From a virus (lineage: Duplodnaviria; Heunggongvirae; Uroviricota; Caudoviricetes), in IMG/VR virus record IMGVR_UViG_2579779009_000005: 45,234 nt of DNA; one strand, 5' to 3'. Below, in pieces: positions 1 to 9,633 of this stretch; within the stretch, counting starts at the first letter, position 1; every line of letters begins with the position of its first letter. The notes below the pieces were generated by a model. That model was not told where the DNA came from and searched no databases. It saw only the letters and a list, made by a program, of their open reading frames with translations. Position numbers and translations under genes: made by a program.

Positions 1-1998
1 TTATGCCTGGACCCAGGCTCCCCACACCCCACTCGTTTTCAACTGCGTCCACACTCTTCCCGGAGTTGGGGCTGCCTCATAAAATCGAATAATCCCTATC
101 GATGCGTCGCTTGCCTTTTCTTTGATATCAAAGATACCAGCGGTTATGCCGCTAGGCTTACCTGTTGACGCGGGGAAGGCATAATATGAAACTCCTCTCC
201 TTGCACCGTGGATATCCCCAGTAGTCCAGTCGTAGATATCACCTGCATCCTTTTTATTTTGCTCAGCAGTCATCCGTGACTGGCTCCAGAACTCTATCCC
301 AGAGCAGTAGGCCGCTCCAGATGACACGTTAACGGTAATTGTGTGCCACCCGCGAGAGTTTACGCGGAGGTAGTTATTGATCTCAGTCTTAGTGGTTGGC
401 TTAAGATAGCCGATTGGCTGGTTTACCGTATTGAAACCAAAGTTGATAACTATTAACGGTGTTTCATTAGCGGCTGCGAGGTCGCGGTTCATATCAAGTG
501 GCTTAGGGGGTCTAATATTGTCACCATCAAGATATACGTTCACTACAGAACCTGATGGTACATAGAGCACCGGCCACGCTATCAATTCATCTGTCTCGGT
601 GAAGAATGACCAGGTAACCCTTTCTCCTGCGGTTAGGTTCAGGCATCTGTTGCCAACAATGTTATCCCCATAAGCAAATGCGGCCTCTGCTGAGTTCGCA
701 TAGTATTTGTAGATATCACTTGCTAACCGTGACGAGTTAATTGCAACCGGGTCATATAGCTTTCTGATGGTTAGCTGAGAGCCGTCAGATACAACTGTCT
801 TACGCATGACCAATTCACCGATGAAGGCCGCGGCAATCTTGAATCCCCATGCCGAAGAAGCATTTAGAACCAAGTGAACAGGATCACCAAACTGAGTACC
901 TACGTTGATAGACTGAGTGGCAGATGCATAAATGTTGTCTCGATAACCCGCCATTAGCTCGACGCTATCAATAACAGGCACCGAATATTTGTCTGCTAGA
1001 TATTTCAGCGCGTTACCCATCTGCTGGGCATCGACACGCTTTACTGTCGGGAATGGATCGCTTGGGCTCGATGTGGTGTAAGTCTCGTAAGCCTTATCGA
1101 AGCGCAGAGGCAGCGGGGTCAACAACACCACTGGGTGACCCCATGTCAGCTCTCTGACTATCAGTTTTTCAATCCAGCCCAAGTACTGCGCAATGTTCCC
1201 GGTAAATGGATACCCGTACTGCGACGAAGCGTCATTTGTGCCGAAGTTAATCAGAGAAACATCACCCGAGTGGTTAGTGGTATATGTATCGAAGGCGTCT
1301 TTCGCACTGAATCCGGACGTAGCTCGGCTGATGGTGGTTACTTTCCCTGTCCCATATGCGCTATTCATCGCGACCCTGAACTGGGCCTGCACGTTTTCGT
1401 TCTCTCGTACAGAGTTGGAGTCGCCATACCAAGTGAGGGTGAAAAGAGTCCCATCTCTTAATTTTTTCAGCTTTTCTGCCAAGAGATTGCGCTGAATGTA
1501 GCTGAACCAGTCGGTATGCACTAATGCAGCACCTACGGTATTGTCTGGATATGTCTCGCTAGGGGAGAATCCTGACAGCCCCGCTCCAGTAGTTTTTGCC
1601 AGGTCTTTACGCAGCACGTCAGTAACATCAACAGGCTGCCACTTTCCTTCGCCAGTACCACCTGACGATTCTGGAGTTGACCCTGCTGGCACAGTTTTCG
1701 GCAATGTGCTGAGATCGTCCCACCGATACCATACACCCGTCGTTTCATCCTGTAGAAGGTCACCAGCTGCCGTAACGATAGCTCCGTCCTGGAATGTTCC
1801 TGCCAGATTCCAACCAAGATTGTAGATCTGCTGAAGAACAAGCTCCTTCAGCCCCTCAATGGTGTAATGAGATACCCCGAGACGATCAATGTACTGAAGA
1901 GCCATTGAGGTAACGAATTGGTCAATCTTCCCTGCGTTGAATTTAAGGTCGCTAGGGGACTCGCTCGGTACGGGCTGATTGGTAGGTGTAGTAGCCAT
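1..1998 (-). CDS. Tail fiber/tailspike with SGNH (GDSL) esterase domain
   Basis: SGNH blocks GDSNS, FGTNDA and DPVH are present in the translation. Start revised to MATTPTN (ATG at 1998) because the tabulated start lies inside a terminator hairpin. Last gene of the tail module. Confidence 0.6.
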   Translation of the reverse strand: MATTPTNQPVPSESPSDLKFNAGKIDQFVTSMALQYIDRLGVSHYTIEGLKELVLQQIYNLGWNLAGTFQDGAIVTAAGDLLQDETTGVWYRWDDLSTLPKTVPAGSTPESSGGTGEGKWQPVDVTDVLRKDLAKTTGAGLSGFSPSETYPDNTVGAALVHTDWFSYIQRNLLAEKLKKLRDGTLFTLTWYGDSNSVRENENVQAQFRVAMNSAYGTGKVTTISRATSGFSAKDAFDTYTTNHSGDVSLINFGTNDASSQYGYPFTGNIAQYLGWIEKLIVRELTWGHPVVLLTPLPLRFDKAYETYTTSSPSDPFPTVKRVDAQQMGNALKYLADKYSVPVIDSVELMAGYRDNIYASATQSINVGTQFGDPVHLVLNASSAWGFKIAAAFIGELVMRKTVVSDGSQLTIRKLYDPVAINSSRLASDIYKYYANSAEAAFAYGDNIVGNRCLNLTAGERVTWSFFTETDELIAWPVLYVPSGSVVNVYLDGDNIRPPKPLDMNRDLAAANETPLIVINFGFNTVNQPIGYLKPTTKTEINNYLRVNSRGWHTITVNVSSGAAYCSGIEFWSQSRMTAEQNKKDAGDIYDWTTGDIHGARRGVSYYAFPASTGKPSGITAGIFDIKEKASDASIGIIRFYEAAPTPGRVWTQLKTSGVWGAWVQA

Positions 1999-2004
1999 AT
2001 TTAT

Positions 2005-2035
2005 TCCATAAAAAACCCGGCTCATTGGCCGGGTT
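2005..2035 (-). terminator. Intrinsic terminator between J-like gene and tail fiber
   Basis: Hairpin aacccggccaatgagccgggtt followed by a U-run on the minus-strand transcript, directly after the stop at 2055. Confidence 0.55.
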
Positions 2036-2054
2036 ATGTTGGTCAGGATGGGTC

Positions 2055-4532
2055 TTATGGGTAGATGGCGTCGCTATATTCCGCGACGGTCAGAGATACC
2101 GTGTTATCTGTGTTCGGCTTGATGCTGTTGACCGTCCATAGCTGGCTGTTCAGCTCCTCCACCGTTGCTATGAGGTAGCGCGACGGGAGCTGTACATTGT
2201 CTCCGTTCCAGATATTGAGTTGAATGTCGGGTATTGCCGCGGTGAATCCGTACTTAGTGTCGGCGCGTGTCGTCGCCGGATAGCGCAGAGTCGGGTTGCC
2301 CAGGCTGTCGGTCACCAGGACATACATCGAGCCGGTAAACGCGATCGGCTCGCTTGTATCAAAGTTATTCCCGGCGCGGCCGGTGATGTATCCCTGCTGC
2401 TGGTTACTGTCGTAGATATCCGCAATCTGCACGACGCTACCGACCTGCATGATCCCGTCCTCAAATACTTTGGCGTTCATCTTCACCCGGGAGTAGATAA
2501 GGCGCTTCGTTTCGCGCAGTGCGCGTTCCCGCGCCTGATACTCGTTACGAAATCCGACTATCTCGATTATGTTCGGGTTCTCCGCTTCCTGCTCGACGAT
2601 AGCGCCGTTCAGCACGCGGTAGTTGATGTACGTCTTGTTGTTCGTGGTTGGATGAACGTAGGACACCTGCACGCCGTCGTAGCCGCCAGGAAGAGTGGCC
2701 TCGTACGTCATTTTGTACTCGTCCGTCTTCATGTTGGCCCGGTTGAATACGGCAGCCGGGTAATCAACCTTCTGATCGCGAGTAAAAGTCAGCACGCCGT
2801 CATCCCAGTACGCAATGACTGACGCTGCATTGCAGATCGCCTGCACGCGGTCGCCGAGAGAATCGTTCTCGTCGTCAAACGTGTAGTCGAAGTAACCCAG
2901 GCGCTCATCCGGCAGACTTTCGGCAATCGAGTACAGTCCGTACAGGTCAATGCTACTTACCGGCTGCTCGCCCATAATCAGCCAGGTATGCGCCACTGCA
3001 TCAGCGAACGAGCGCGAGGCCCTAAGGGTGTAATCCACCGCCTGCGTCGTCAGGTTGTAACTGATGGTTTGGCGCGTCACCAGGGCGTTGTATTTGCGAT
3101 CACGACTGCCCAGCGCGTTCTCTGTCGCTCTTACCTTCACGCGCACCAGCGTATCGGTTGGATGCACGACGTTGGTTCTGACGTTGACCGAGTGGATCTC
3201 CTCAACCTTCAGGATAGAGGCATCACTCGAGTTATCTGTGCGCTGGAAGTTAATAGCGTACTTGCCGAAACCGCCGGTCGGCGTCAGCTTGTCAGTGCGA
3301 TAAAACACTTCGCTGGATGATTTGTGCGGCGTCCCCTGGTGATACGTGAACGTCTGCTGAGTACCCGGCACCTGGTTGTAGTCATCGTCAATTTTCCAGA
3401 TTGTGACCTTCCAGTCAGCGGACTTTTTGCCGCCCAGCTGCACCTGAGTGTGCAGCCATAACTGGGCAGATTCGACCGGCGAGAAGAACGGGCCTACCAC
3501 TAGCGCTTCGTTATCGTTAAGGATGAACTTCGTCGTGTTAATAGTCGCCGTTGCCGGCACGTCAGGAGGGCCAATTAGATCCCCCATCGTGAATGTGTAC
3601 CACCGGACCGGGTTAACCACCGCGCCGTCGTTTGTTTCGACAGCCGATATCAGCGTGCCGGAGAAATCGACATCCTGCGTTACGTTGCCGGTTGGCGTGC
3701 TGTAGGTGACGTTAATCGTAAAAGTAACGGCGTGCGGCAGGACCAGGCCCATGAAGTAATCAAACTCAGCCTGCTTGATAATTTTTACCGCAATCTGCCC
3801 GCCGGAGTATGTGCCGCTAACAACCGTGGTGGCCGTAGCAGTCTCGATCGGGAAATTGTCCGATTCGTTTTGCCCGGGCACCTCCTGGCCATCCACGTCG
3901 TCGAAACCGTACCCTTCGTTGATGGTGGGTATCACTTCCCCCGGCTGGTAAAACTGGAACTCTGCACCGGCCATACTTCCAAGGCTGGACTCTGAATAAC
4001 GCACAGACTCGTAATCATATTTGCCGATCCCGATGCACATCCACTCAGTAACGTACTTCAGGCCGCCATCCGTGTCGCTCTGGCGCACGTATTCGAACAG
4101 TGATTCCTGAATCAGGTCCGGGAACGAACGGATTTGCCCGTAGATGTCCGGCTTTGCTTTGTAGACGCGCGCCGTATTCGTCTGACCGGTCAGGCTATTG
4201 TTTGGCGAGTCAATCGTGTTGCCGCCTGTGTTGGCGATCGCCGGCTTGGGAGCAAGGAACGAGAAGACCGCGCCGACAACTTTGAAAATAGGGCTGAGAA
4301 TGTCGCCAATAATGCCCTTTGGCTGGTCGAAAATCTGGATGGTGTCCAGTTCGCATAGCTCAAACGCCAGCTCATCATCTTCGCCCAGCTTTACGCCGTT
4401 GCGGACGATCAGCAGATCGCGGTGAAAGTTACCATCATTGGCCGCCAGCCAATCATAAAAAAGGGTGCCGTTTGGCACCCTGCAACGCAGCTTAGGCGTT
4501 CCTGGAAAATTTGATATCTCAACCAGCGCCAT
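2055..4532 (-). CDS. Tail tip / host specificity protein (J-like)
   Basis: 825-aa ORF downstream of the minor tail and NlpC/P60 genes, in the position of lambda J. Named from size and synteny only. Confidence 0.6.
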   Translation of the reverse strand: MALVEISNFPGTPKLRCRVPNGTLFYDWLAANDGNFHRDLLIVRNGVKLGEDDELAFELCELDTIQIFDQPKGIIGDILSPIFKVVGAVFSFLAPKPAIANTGGNTIDSPNNSLTGQTNTARVYKAKPDIYGQIRSFPDLIQESLFEYVRQSDTDGGLKYVTEWMCIGIGKYDYESVRYSESSLGSMAGAEFQFYQPGEVIPTINEGYGFDDVDGQEVPGQNESDNFPIETATATTVVSGTYSGGQIAVKIIKQAEFDYFMGLVLPHAVTFTINVTYSTPTGNVTQDVDFSGTLISAVETNDGAVVNPVRWYTFTMGDLIGPPDVPATATINTTKFILNDNEALVVGPFFSPVESAQLWLHTQVQLGGKKSADWKVTIWKIDDDYNQVPGTQQTFTYHQGTPHKSSSEVFYRTDKLTPTGGFGKYAINFQRTDNSSDASILKVEEIHSVNVRTNVVHPTDTLVRVKVRATENALGSRDRKYNALVTRQTISYNLTTQAVDYTLRASRSFADAVAHTWLIMGEQPVSSIDLYGLYSIAESLPDERLGYFDYTFDDENDSLGDRVQAICNAASVIAYWDDGVLTFTRDQKVDYPAAVFNRANMKTDEYKMTYEATLPGGYDGVQVSYVHPTTNNKTYINYRVLNGAIVEQEAENPNIIEIVGFRNEYQARERALRETKRLIYSRVKMNAKVFEDGIMQVGSVVQIADIYDSNQQQGYITGRAGNNFDTSEPIAFTGSMYVLVTDSLGNPTLRYPATTRADTKYGFTAAIPDIQLNIWNGDNVQLPSRYLIATVEELNSQLWTVNSIKPNTDNTVSLTVAEYSDAIYP

Positions 4533-4935
4533 ATTCGAAAAACTCCACTTTGGTGAATGCTCGCCGAATGACCAGCAACGAATCTTCTTTCACGCTGCCG
4601 TTTTCCCCGCGCGCATGAATGGCTTTTCGGTTCAGCACCAAGCCAACGTGTGCCGGTTGCGCGCCGCGGTACCCGACGAATATCCCTCCCTCGACTGGCT
4701 TGTCGACCGGGCGCCAGAAAACGACATCACCCTGGTAGCAGGTGAAGAAGTCCTCACCGGCTTCGTAGTCCGGCGTCTGGTGCAGTTCAATGCCGAGAAC
4801 GTGCCGGTAATACAGCACCACCAGGCCCCAACAATCGACCTCCTCGAAAGAGCAGGCCCGGTTAGACCACGGCAAGCCGATCACCTTCCAAACAAAATCA
4901 GAGGTACTGCAGGCCGGTATATTCCGTTGGGTCAT
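4519..4935 (-). CDS. Tail assembly protein, NlpC/P60-like (K-like)
   Basis: 138 aa with Cys/His content typical of NlpC/P60 and the position of lambda K. Overlaps the upstream gene, so the start is uncertain. Confidence 0.5.
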   Translation of the reverse strand: MTQRNIPACSTSDFVWKVIGLPWSNRACSFEEVDCWGLVVLYYRHVLGIELHQTPDYEAGEDFFTCYQGDVVFWRPVDKPVEGGIFVGYRGAQPAHVGLVLNRKAIHARGENGSVKEDSLLVIRRAFTKVEFFEYGAG

Positions 4936-5368
4936 AGAGCCTTCCGATGTTGTTGTTCAGCGGGTTGGTGACGGACAGGGTTACTGACGCGGAGTCAGCG
5001 TCGATGTCCACTGTCTTGACGTATAACTGCCAGGACTTAATCGGCACAGACACGTCCCCGCTATCGAAGATCTGCCTTGTGGCCGTGATGGCCGTCAGCC
5101 GGGCCGCCCCCTTCCACTGCTTCATCAGAGCTTTGATGTCCGACGACAGCCGCCCTAACTTCACCGTCGCGTCTATCACCGGAGTACCGCTCTGCTGACT
5201 CTCTTCGATTTCAAAGCGCGCTGGCGTGTACGTCTGCCCGCCGAGCGTCTTCGGGAAGAACTGCTTATCGACCAGGCGGACGTAGCCAAAGGATGGATGG
5301 TAGAACGTAATGGTGTCGTACAGTCCGCGCGTCGGCCGTTGCTGCTTATATTGACGGAATGATGGCAT
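4898..5368 (-). CDS. Minor tail protein
   Basis: Start revised to MPSFRQ (ATG overlapping the upstream stop in an ATGA junction). Lies between tape measure and the K-like gene. Confidence 0.5.
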   Translation of the reverse strand: MPSFRQYKQQRPTRGLYDTITFYHPSFGYVRLVDKQFFPKTLGGQTYTPARFEIEESQQSGTPVIDATVKLGRLSSDIKALMKQWKGAARLTAITATRQIFDSGDVSVPIKSWQLYVKTVDIDADSASVTLSVTNPLNNNIGRLYDPTEYTGLQYL

Positions 5369-5865
5369 CAGGGAACCCTCGGAAGACTTTCCGGATCGCG
5401 CCCATCCGGATAACCCGTAACCACGATATCCAGCCACGAATCCCACGGCGGCGGCAGCTCAACAATGATGTCGTCGAACTCATCGTCGGCGTTATACAGA
5501 TGGTTGGCAATTACGGTTCCCGTCCAGGTTACCACCCCGCCGTCGATACTGGTTTGCACTGGCATCTGCGTGAAGTGAAGCTCCTGCAATTGCAGGCCAC
5601 TGCCGCCAAGATTGATATTCATCCGGAACCAGTTCAGGCCCCGGTTGAGATAGTTCGGGCTGCGTAGCCACTGCTGGAAAGCGCGTTCCTGCGCCAGAGT
5701 GAAGAGCCACGTCAGTGACCAGGTCACTTTCAGGTCGTCGGTTTGATTCTCGAAGATTGCCGGGCCGACCACTGGCTGATCGGTCTGGAACCCGGTATCG
5801 AGAGTCATGTTTTTGCTGGCCTTTTGCGCCAACGGCAACCAGTCGGGATAGTCGATAATTGGCAT
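5368..5865 (-). CDS. Minor tail protein
   Basis: 165-aa ORF immediately downstream of the tape measure gene, translationally coupled to it. Confidence 0.5.
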   Translation of the reverse strand: MPIIDYPDWLPLAQKASKNMTLDTGFQTDQPVVGPAIFENQTDDLKVTWSLTWLFTLAQERAFQQWLRSPNYLNRGLNWFRMNINLGGSGLQLQELHFTQMPVQTSIDGGVVTWTGTVIANHLYNADDEFDDIIVELPPPWDSWLDIVVTGYPDGRDPESLPRVP

Positions 5866-8795
5866 CAGCCCTGCCCCCTTGGCGTACGTTTAACGTTCAT
5901 GTTGCTGGTAATGGCGTTGCTTATTGGCCCGCCGTTATTCAAGTCTGCAACGACGACATCAACAGTCAGCCCACCATTTCCGTCTGTTCCAGCCTGAGCA
6001 TCTACAGAGGATGACGTGTAGTTCTGAATGTTGATAACAACCCCACAACCGCCCGCCCCTTGCATATCCTTGTTGCTGATCACCTTGCCATTGTCGCCGG
6101 GTATCATGTACTGCTTACCGGTGCTGGCCTGATAAATCTCAGGCATCCCGCCCTCACCTACCTGATACATTCCGCCCGCCGATACCGGGCCGCCGTTCTT
6201 ACGCTTACCGGCCAGCGCCATGACTCCCGCCATAGCCCCGACACCAATTGCCACTGCCGCGCCCCATGATGCGATCGACGACATGAGCGCCGCCGGTGTC
6301 CATGCTGCCGTGGTCGTTGCCGCCGCCGCTGTACTGGCTGCGGTCTGCGTGGTAATACCGGCAACCTGTGCTGCTGTAGTGGCAGTGATTGCGGCCTGCT
6401 GAGTTGTGGCCCCCATAATCGCGGACTTAGCCCAGTCGACGCCCATCTGCACAAAGGAGTTAATCAGCTGGTTAACTACTGAGTTAGCGAGTGAACGAAC
6501 AGCCTCCTCACCACTTTGAGTGCCAGTGATGATCCCCGCAAAGGCACTCGATGCGTTGTTGCCAAGGGCATCAAGCGACGCCGCAAGCATCTGGTTGGCT
6601 GCGCTTTGCTGTGAGAACAAAGTCCACTGGGCAGCAAGACGCTGCTGCTCGTATTCGGTATCGGCGGCGTTACGCAGTGCAAGCGCGTTCTCGTGAGTAA
6701 TCAGACCTTCCTGCTCATAAGCCTGAATCAGAGCAAGTTTTCGGGCATTCTCGTTTGCCAGTTGCTGAACAGGATCAACTCCGCCAGCGGCATCTTGCTG
6801 CGGTGTAACCACCTGCTGCGCGCGAATTTTGGCAAGGTTGGCCTGGTGAGTAGCTTCGAGCCTTTCAGAGGTCTCGTTGTACTGCTCCTGGCTGATTTTC
6901 TTGGCTGACAGGGCGGTATTCAGCGCTTCAACATCCTGCCTGTAGCTGGTGTTTTCACGCGCTTCCGGCAATAGCTTCTCTGCTGCGGCCTGCGCTTTAA
7001 TGGCGTTGGCCGTATCCCATTTTGCCGCCGCGTACTGCCCCGCCAGCGCGAGCTGTTCTTTTGTGGCTCCTTTTCCGAGAGACTGCTGCGCATTAAGGAT
7101 CGCCTGCTCGCGACTCAGCCTATTTGTTGAGTCAGCGGCAAGCTCCGATTGCTGCTTGAGATTAGCCAGCTTCTGAGCGATAGACTCCGCCTGAGACGCT
7201 CCTTTCTTCTGTTCGGATTTGAGGACCTTCTGTGCTTCTGTATTTTTGTAAGTGGCAGCAGCGTCATCCTCCATCTGCTTGGCATGCGGATCATCCTTCG
7301 CAAATCCAGCATCTTCGGCAGCGTATTGAGCCTGCAACCGCGCGCGGGCCTCCCCCTGGAGCTTAGACAGTGCCAGATTGCGTTCTGACTGCTTGATCAG
7401 GTTCTTCTGCCCGGCGGTAAGGTTATCTGTTTCCTGCTTCAGAGCAGCAACATTACCTTTAGCAATGACGGCTTCACGCGATAACTCAACAAGTTTCCCT
7501 ACGAATGCCGTGAGTGCGGTCTGCCCTTTTTCGGTTGAGCTCTGAGTGTTCTGCAGTTCAGTAGCAAGTCGCTGCAGGGCTTCCGGAGATGGATTTTTTG
7601 CAATATCGGAAAGCTGCTTGCTGAACTCGAAAGCTTTTTGCTCGGATATCCCGAACTTGTCGGCTACAGCACCAACAGTATTGCCAATGCTGTTTGCAGT
7701 CGCCTGGAATGCCTGCCCGGCACCGTATGCCTGCTTCATCGCCTCGGAATAGTTATCCGTGGTGATTTCCAGAGTAGTCAGACGATCGTTAAAGCCATCG
7801 ACTGACGCATAGCCTCCGGAAAATGCTGAAAGCGCCTTGTCCCCGAAGGAAAGTAGCGAGCTCGAAGCATCGCTGATCGCTTTAGGTATCTTATTGATAG
7901 CCTCGTTGTATTCCAGCAGCGCCTGGTTACGCATCAGTGTTGCTACTTCGGTATTCGTTTTCGCTAGCAATGCGTACTTATCAGACAGTGCGGCCACGCC
8001 ATTTTGGGAAATGGTAATGACCTTATCCATCGCCTCGGCTGCGTCTTTCAGCGCATCCATCGCGTTCTTGCCGCCATTAAGAGAAGTGATGAGCACACCG
8101 GCCAGAACAGAGCTCAGAGCGATAACAGAACCAATTACCGCACCACCCGGCCCGAATGCACCGGCAAGTTGAGATCCTTGCTGTGCAAACGCTACCAGCG
8201 CGGACTGGCCACCCTGAACCTGAATGATAAAGTCCTGAACCTGGTACCCGGCCTGTTGCATGCTGTTTTTCCAGGCCCCGGTTCCTTTCGCTCCGGTTTC
8301 CACACCTGTTTTCATGTCATACAGTCGACCGGTCAGCTCGCCGATCTTCTGCTTCTCTTCATCGGTCGCTTTTGAGCCGGCACGCAACTGTGCCGCTAGG
8401 ACTGCTGCGCTACGCGCGCCATTCTCCTGCGCCTCGTCCAGCACTGCGAGTTGGTTACCAAGCGCCTCGATGATGGATTCGGCGCGATTGAACTCACTGT
8501 TAGCGCCACCGGTACCGCTGCGGGCCTCTTCCATTACGCGGGCGATCCCGCTCACATTGGTGTTAAGTTTGCGGAGTTGGTTATCCATCGAGTTGGCATA
8601 ACCAGCCAGTTCAGTAAACGCGGATCCGGTTTGAGATGCGCTCTGATCGAGGTTATCCATTCCCTTGCCGGACTGCTGGGCCGCAGCATCCAGTTTATCC
8701 AGAGCATCAATGGCCTGTTTCCCGCCCTGCAACAGCGGCTCAACGTCGGCGCTGATTTCATAAACGATGCTACCGGCGTTCTTCTCACCTGCCAT
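5865..8795 (-). CDS. Tail tape measure protein
   Basis: 976 aa, Ala/Gln/Gly-rich helical protein with a C-terminal hydrophobic/Gly-rich segment. Start revised to MAGEKN (ATG at 8795, RBS ggaga) because the upstream in-frame ATG lies inside a terminator hairpin. Confidence 0.8.
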   Translation of the reverse strand: MAGEKNAGSIVYEISADVEPLLQGGKQAIDALDKLDAAAQQSGKGMDNLDQSASQTGSAFTELAGYANSMDNQLRKLNTNVSGIARVMEEARSGTGGANSEFNRAESIIEALGNQLAVLDEAQENGARSAAVLAAQLRAGSKATDEEKQKIGELTGRLYDMKTGVETGAKGTGAWKNSMQQAGYQVQDFIIQVQGGQSALVAFAQQGSQLAGAFGPGGAVIGSVIALSSVLAGVLITSLNGGKNAMDALKDAAEAMDKVITISQNGVAALSDKYALLAKTNTEVATLMRNQALLEYNEAINKIPKAISDASSSLLSFGDKALSAFSGGYASVDGFNDRLTTLEITTDNYSEAMKQAYGAGQAFQATANSIGNTVGAVADKFGISEQKAFEFSKQLSDIAKNPSPEALQRLATELQNTQSSTEKGQTALTAFVGKLVELSREAVIAKGNVAALKQETDNLTAGQKNLIKQSERNLALSKLQGEARARLQAQYAAEDAGFAKDDPHAKQMEDDAAATYKNTEAQKVLKSEQKKGASQAESIAQKLANLKQQSELAADSTNRLSREQAILNAQQSLGKGATKEQLALAGQYAAAKWDTANAIKAQAAAEKLLPEARENTSYRQDVEALNTALSAKKISQEQYNETSERLEATHQANLAKIRAQQVVTPQQDAAGGVDPVQQLANENARKLALIQAYEQEGLITHENALALRNAADTEYEQQRLAAQWTLFSQQSAANQMLAASLDALGNNASSAFAGIITGTQSGEEAVRSLANSVVNQLINSFVQMGVDWAKSAIMGATTQQAAITATTAAQVAGITTQTAASTAAAATTTAAWTPAALMSSIASWGAAVAIGVGAMAGVMALAGKRKNGGPVSAGGMYQVGEGGMPEIYQASTGKQYMIPGDNGKVISNKDMQGAGGCGVVINIQNYTSSSVDAQAGTDGNGGLTVDVVVADLNNGGPISNAITSNMNVKRTPRGQG

Positions 8796-8810
8796 GACAT
8801 TCTCCGGGCA

Positions 8811-8833
8811 TAAAAAAACCCGCCGCAGCGGGT
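8811..8833 (-). terminator. Intrinsic terminator after the two-gene moron
   Basis: Stem acccgc-ugcg-gcgggu followed by seven U on the minus transcript, between the stop at 8850 and the tape measure start. Confidence 0.6.
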
Positions 8834-8849
8834 TCGTCATTTAAATGAT

Positions 8850-9206
8850 TTAGGCTTCTCTCTTACCGAATGCATATCCCAAAGCCAGTGTTAGTATGGG
8901 CGTGAATATGGACCATACATCTTTTAAAGCGCTTACGATGTCAAACTTATCTGGTGAGTCAAGATCAAATGAAAAATGAAAAAAAACAAGCAGTAAACAA
9001 ACGCTGAAAATCCCACCTAAGTAGAAGCAATATTTCAAAGTTGTCCAGATAAATGAATCCCTTGCATGCTCACCAGTTCCAATCTCATTCGCAATTTTCC
9101 CCGCAACACTAACACCAGTTAGTCCACCTTGAGGTACTGAAGGTGTTGTAATTTCATTGTTTTGGGTTTGTAGTTTTGGCTCAGATGCAATGAAAGATTC
9201 GGTCAT
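8850..9206 (-). CDS. Small membrane protein (moron gene 2)
   Basis: 118 aa with two predicted TM helices (LKYCFYLGGIFSVCLLLVFFHF and SIFTPILTLALGYAFG). AT-rich. Start overlaps the stop of the upstream ORF. Confidence 0.5.
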   Translation of the reverse strand: MTESFIASEPKLQTQNNEITTPSVPQGGLTGVSVAGKIANEIGTGEHARDSFIWTTLKYCFYLGGIFSVCLLLVFFHFSFDLDSPDKFDIVSALKDVWSIFTPILTLALGYAFGKREA

Positions 9207-9586
9207 TACTCCCCCTCATAAAAAGAGAAGTTGACAATAACTGAAATCTGGTCCGTTCCGATTTCTCTAATGTTGGAATGCCATGCCATGAATAATTTTT
9301 TCCCATTAGATTTCTTGCCAATTTCGGCCGGAATAACAAGACCTACAGCTTCATTCATAATAGGGACAATTACCCTGTGGACGAAAACAACCTCTCCATT
9401 TTTAACGAATGCATCAACCCCCTGCTTATTCGACTCACTTTCAGGCAGAATTTTTGTCGTAATTAATATAGTTAATCCATCGTAAACCAATTTTAAAGGT
9501 TCAGAAGGAACTAATGGATTAATAATGCTATGAAAGCTACCTGACTGTAATAGAGTTTTTCCATCTGCGCTGGCTTTTACTAACAT
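9206..9586 (-). CDS. Hypothetical soluble protein (moron gene 1)
   Basis: 126-aa ORF in an AT-rich insertion between the tail chaperone and tape measure genes. RBS gaagg upstream. Confidence 0.5.
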   Translation of the reverse strand: MLVKASADGKTLLQSGSFHSIINPLVPSEPLKLVYDGLTILITTKILPESESNKQGVDAFVKNGEVVFVHRVIVPIMNEAVGLVIPAEIGKKSNGKKLFMAWHSNIREIGTDQISVIVNFSFYEGE

Positions 9587-9633
9587 TTTAACCTTCTAAT
9601 CAGCTATATGATATTTATGATGATATTACCATC

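Noticed and set aside
6060-8813. Multiple 60-120 aa plus-strand ORFs inside the tape measure region
   Set aside because: All are antisense to, or out of frame with, the long tape measure ORF and lack RBSs; typical of Ala/Gly-rich coding DNA.
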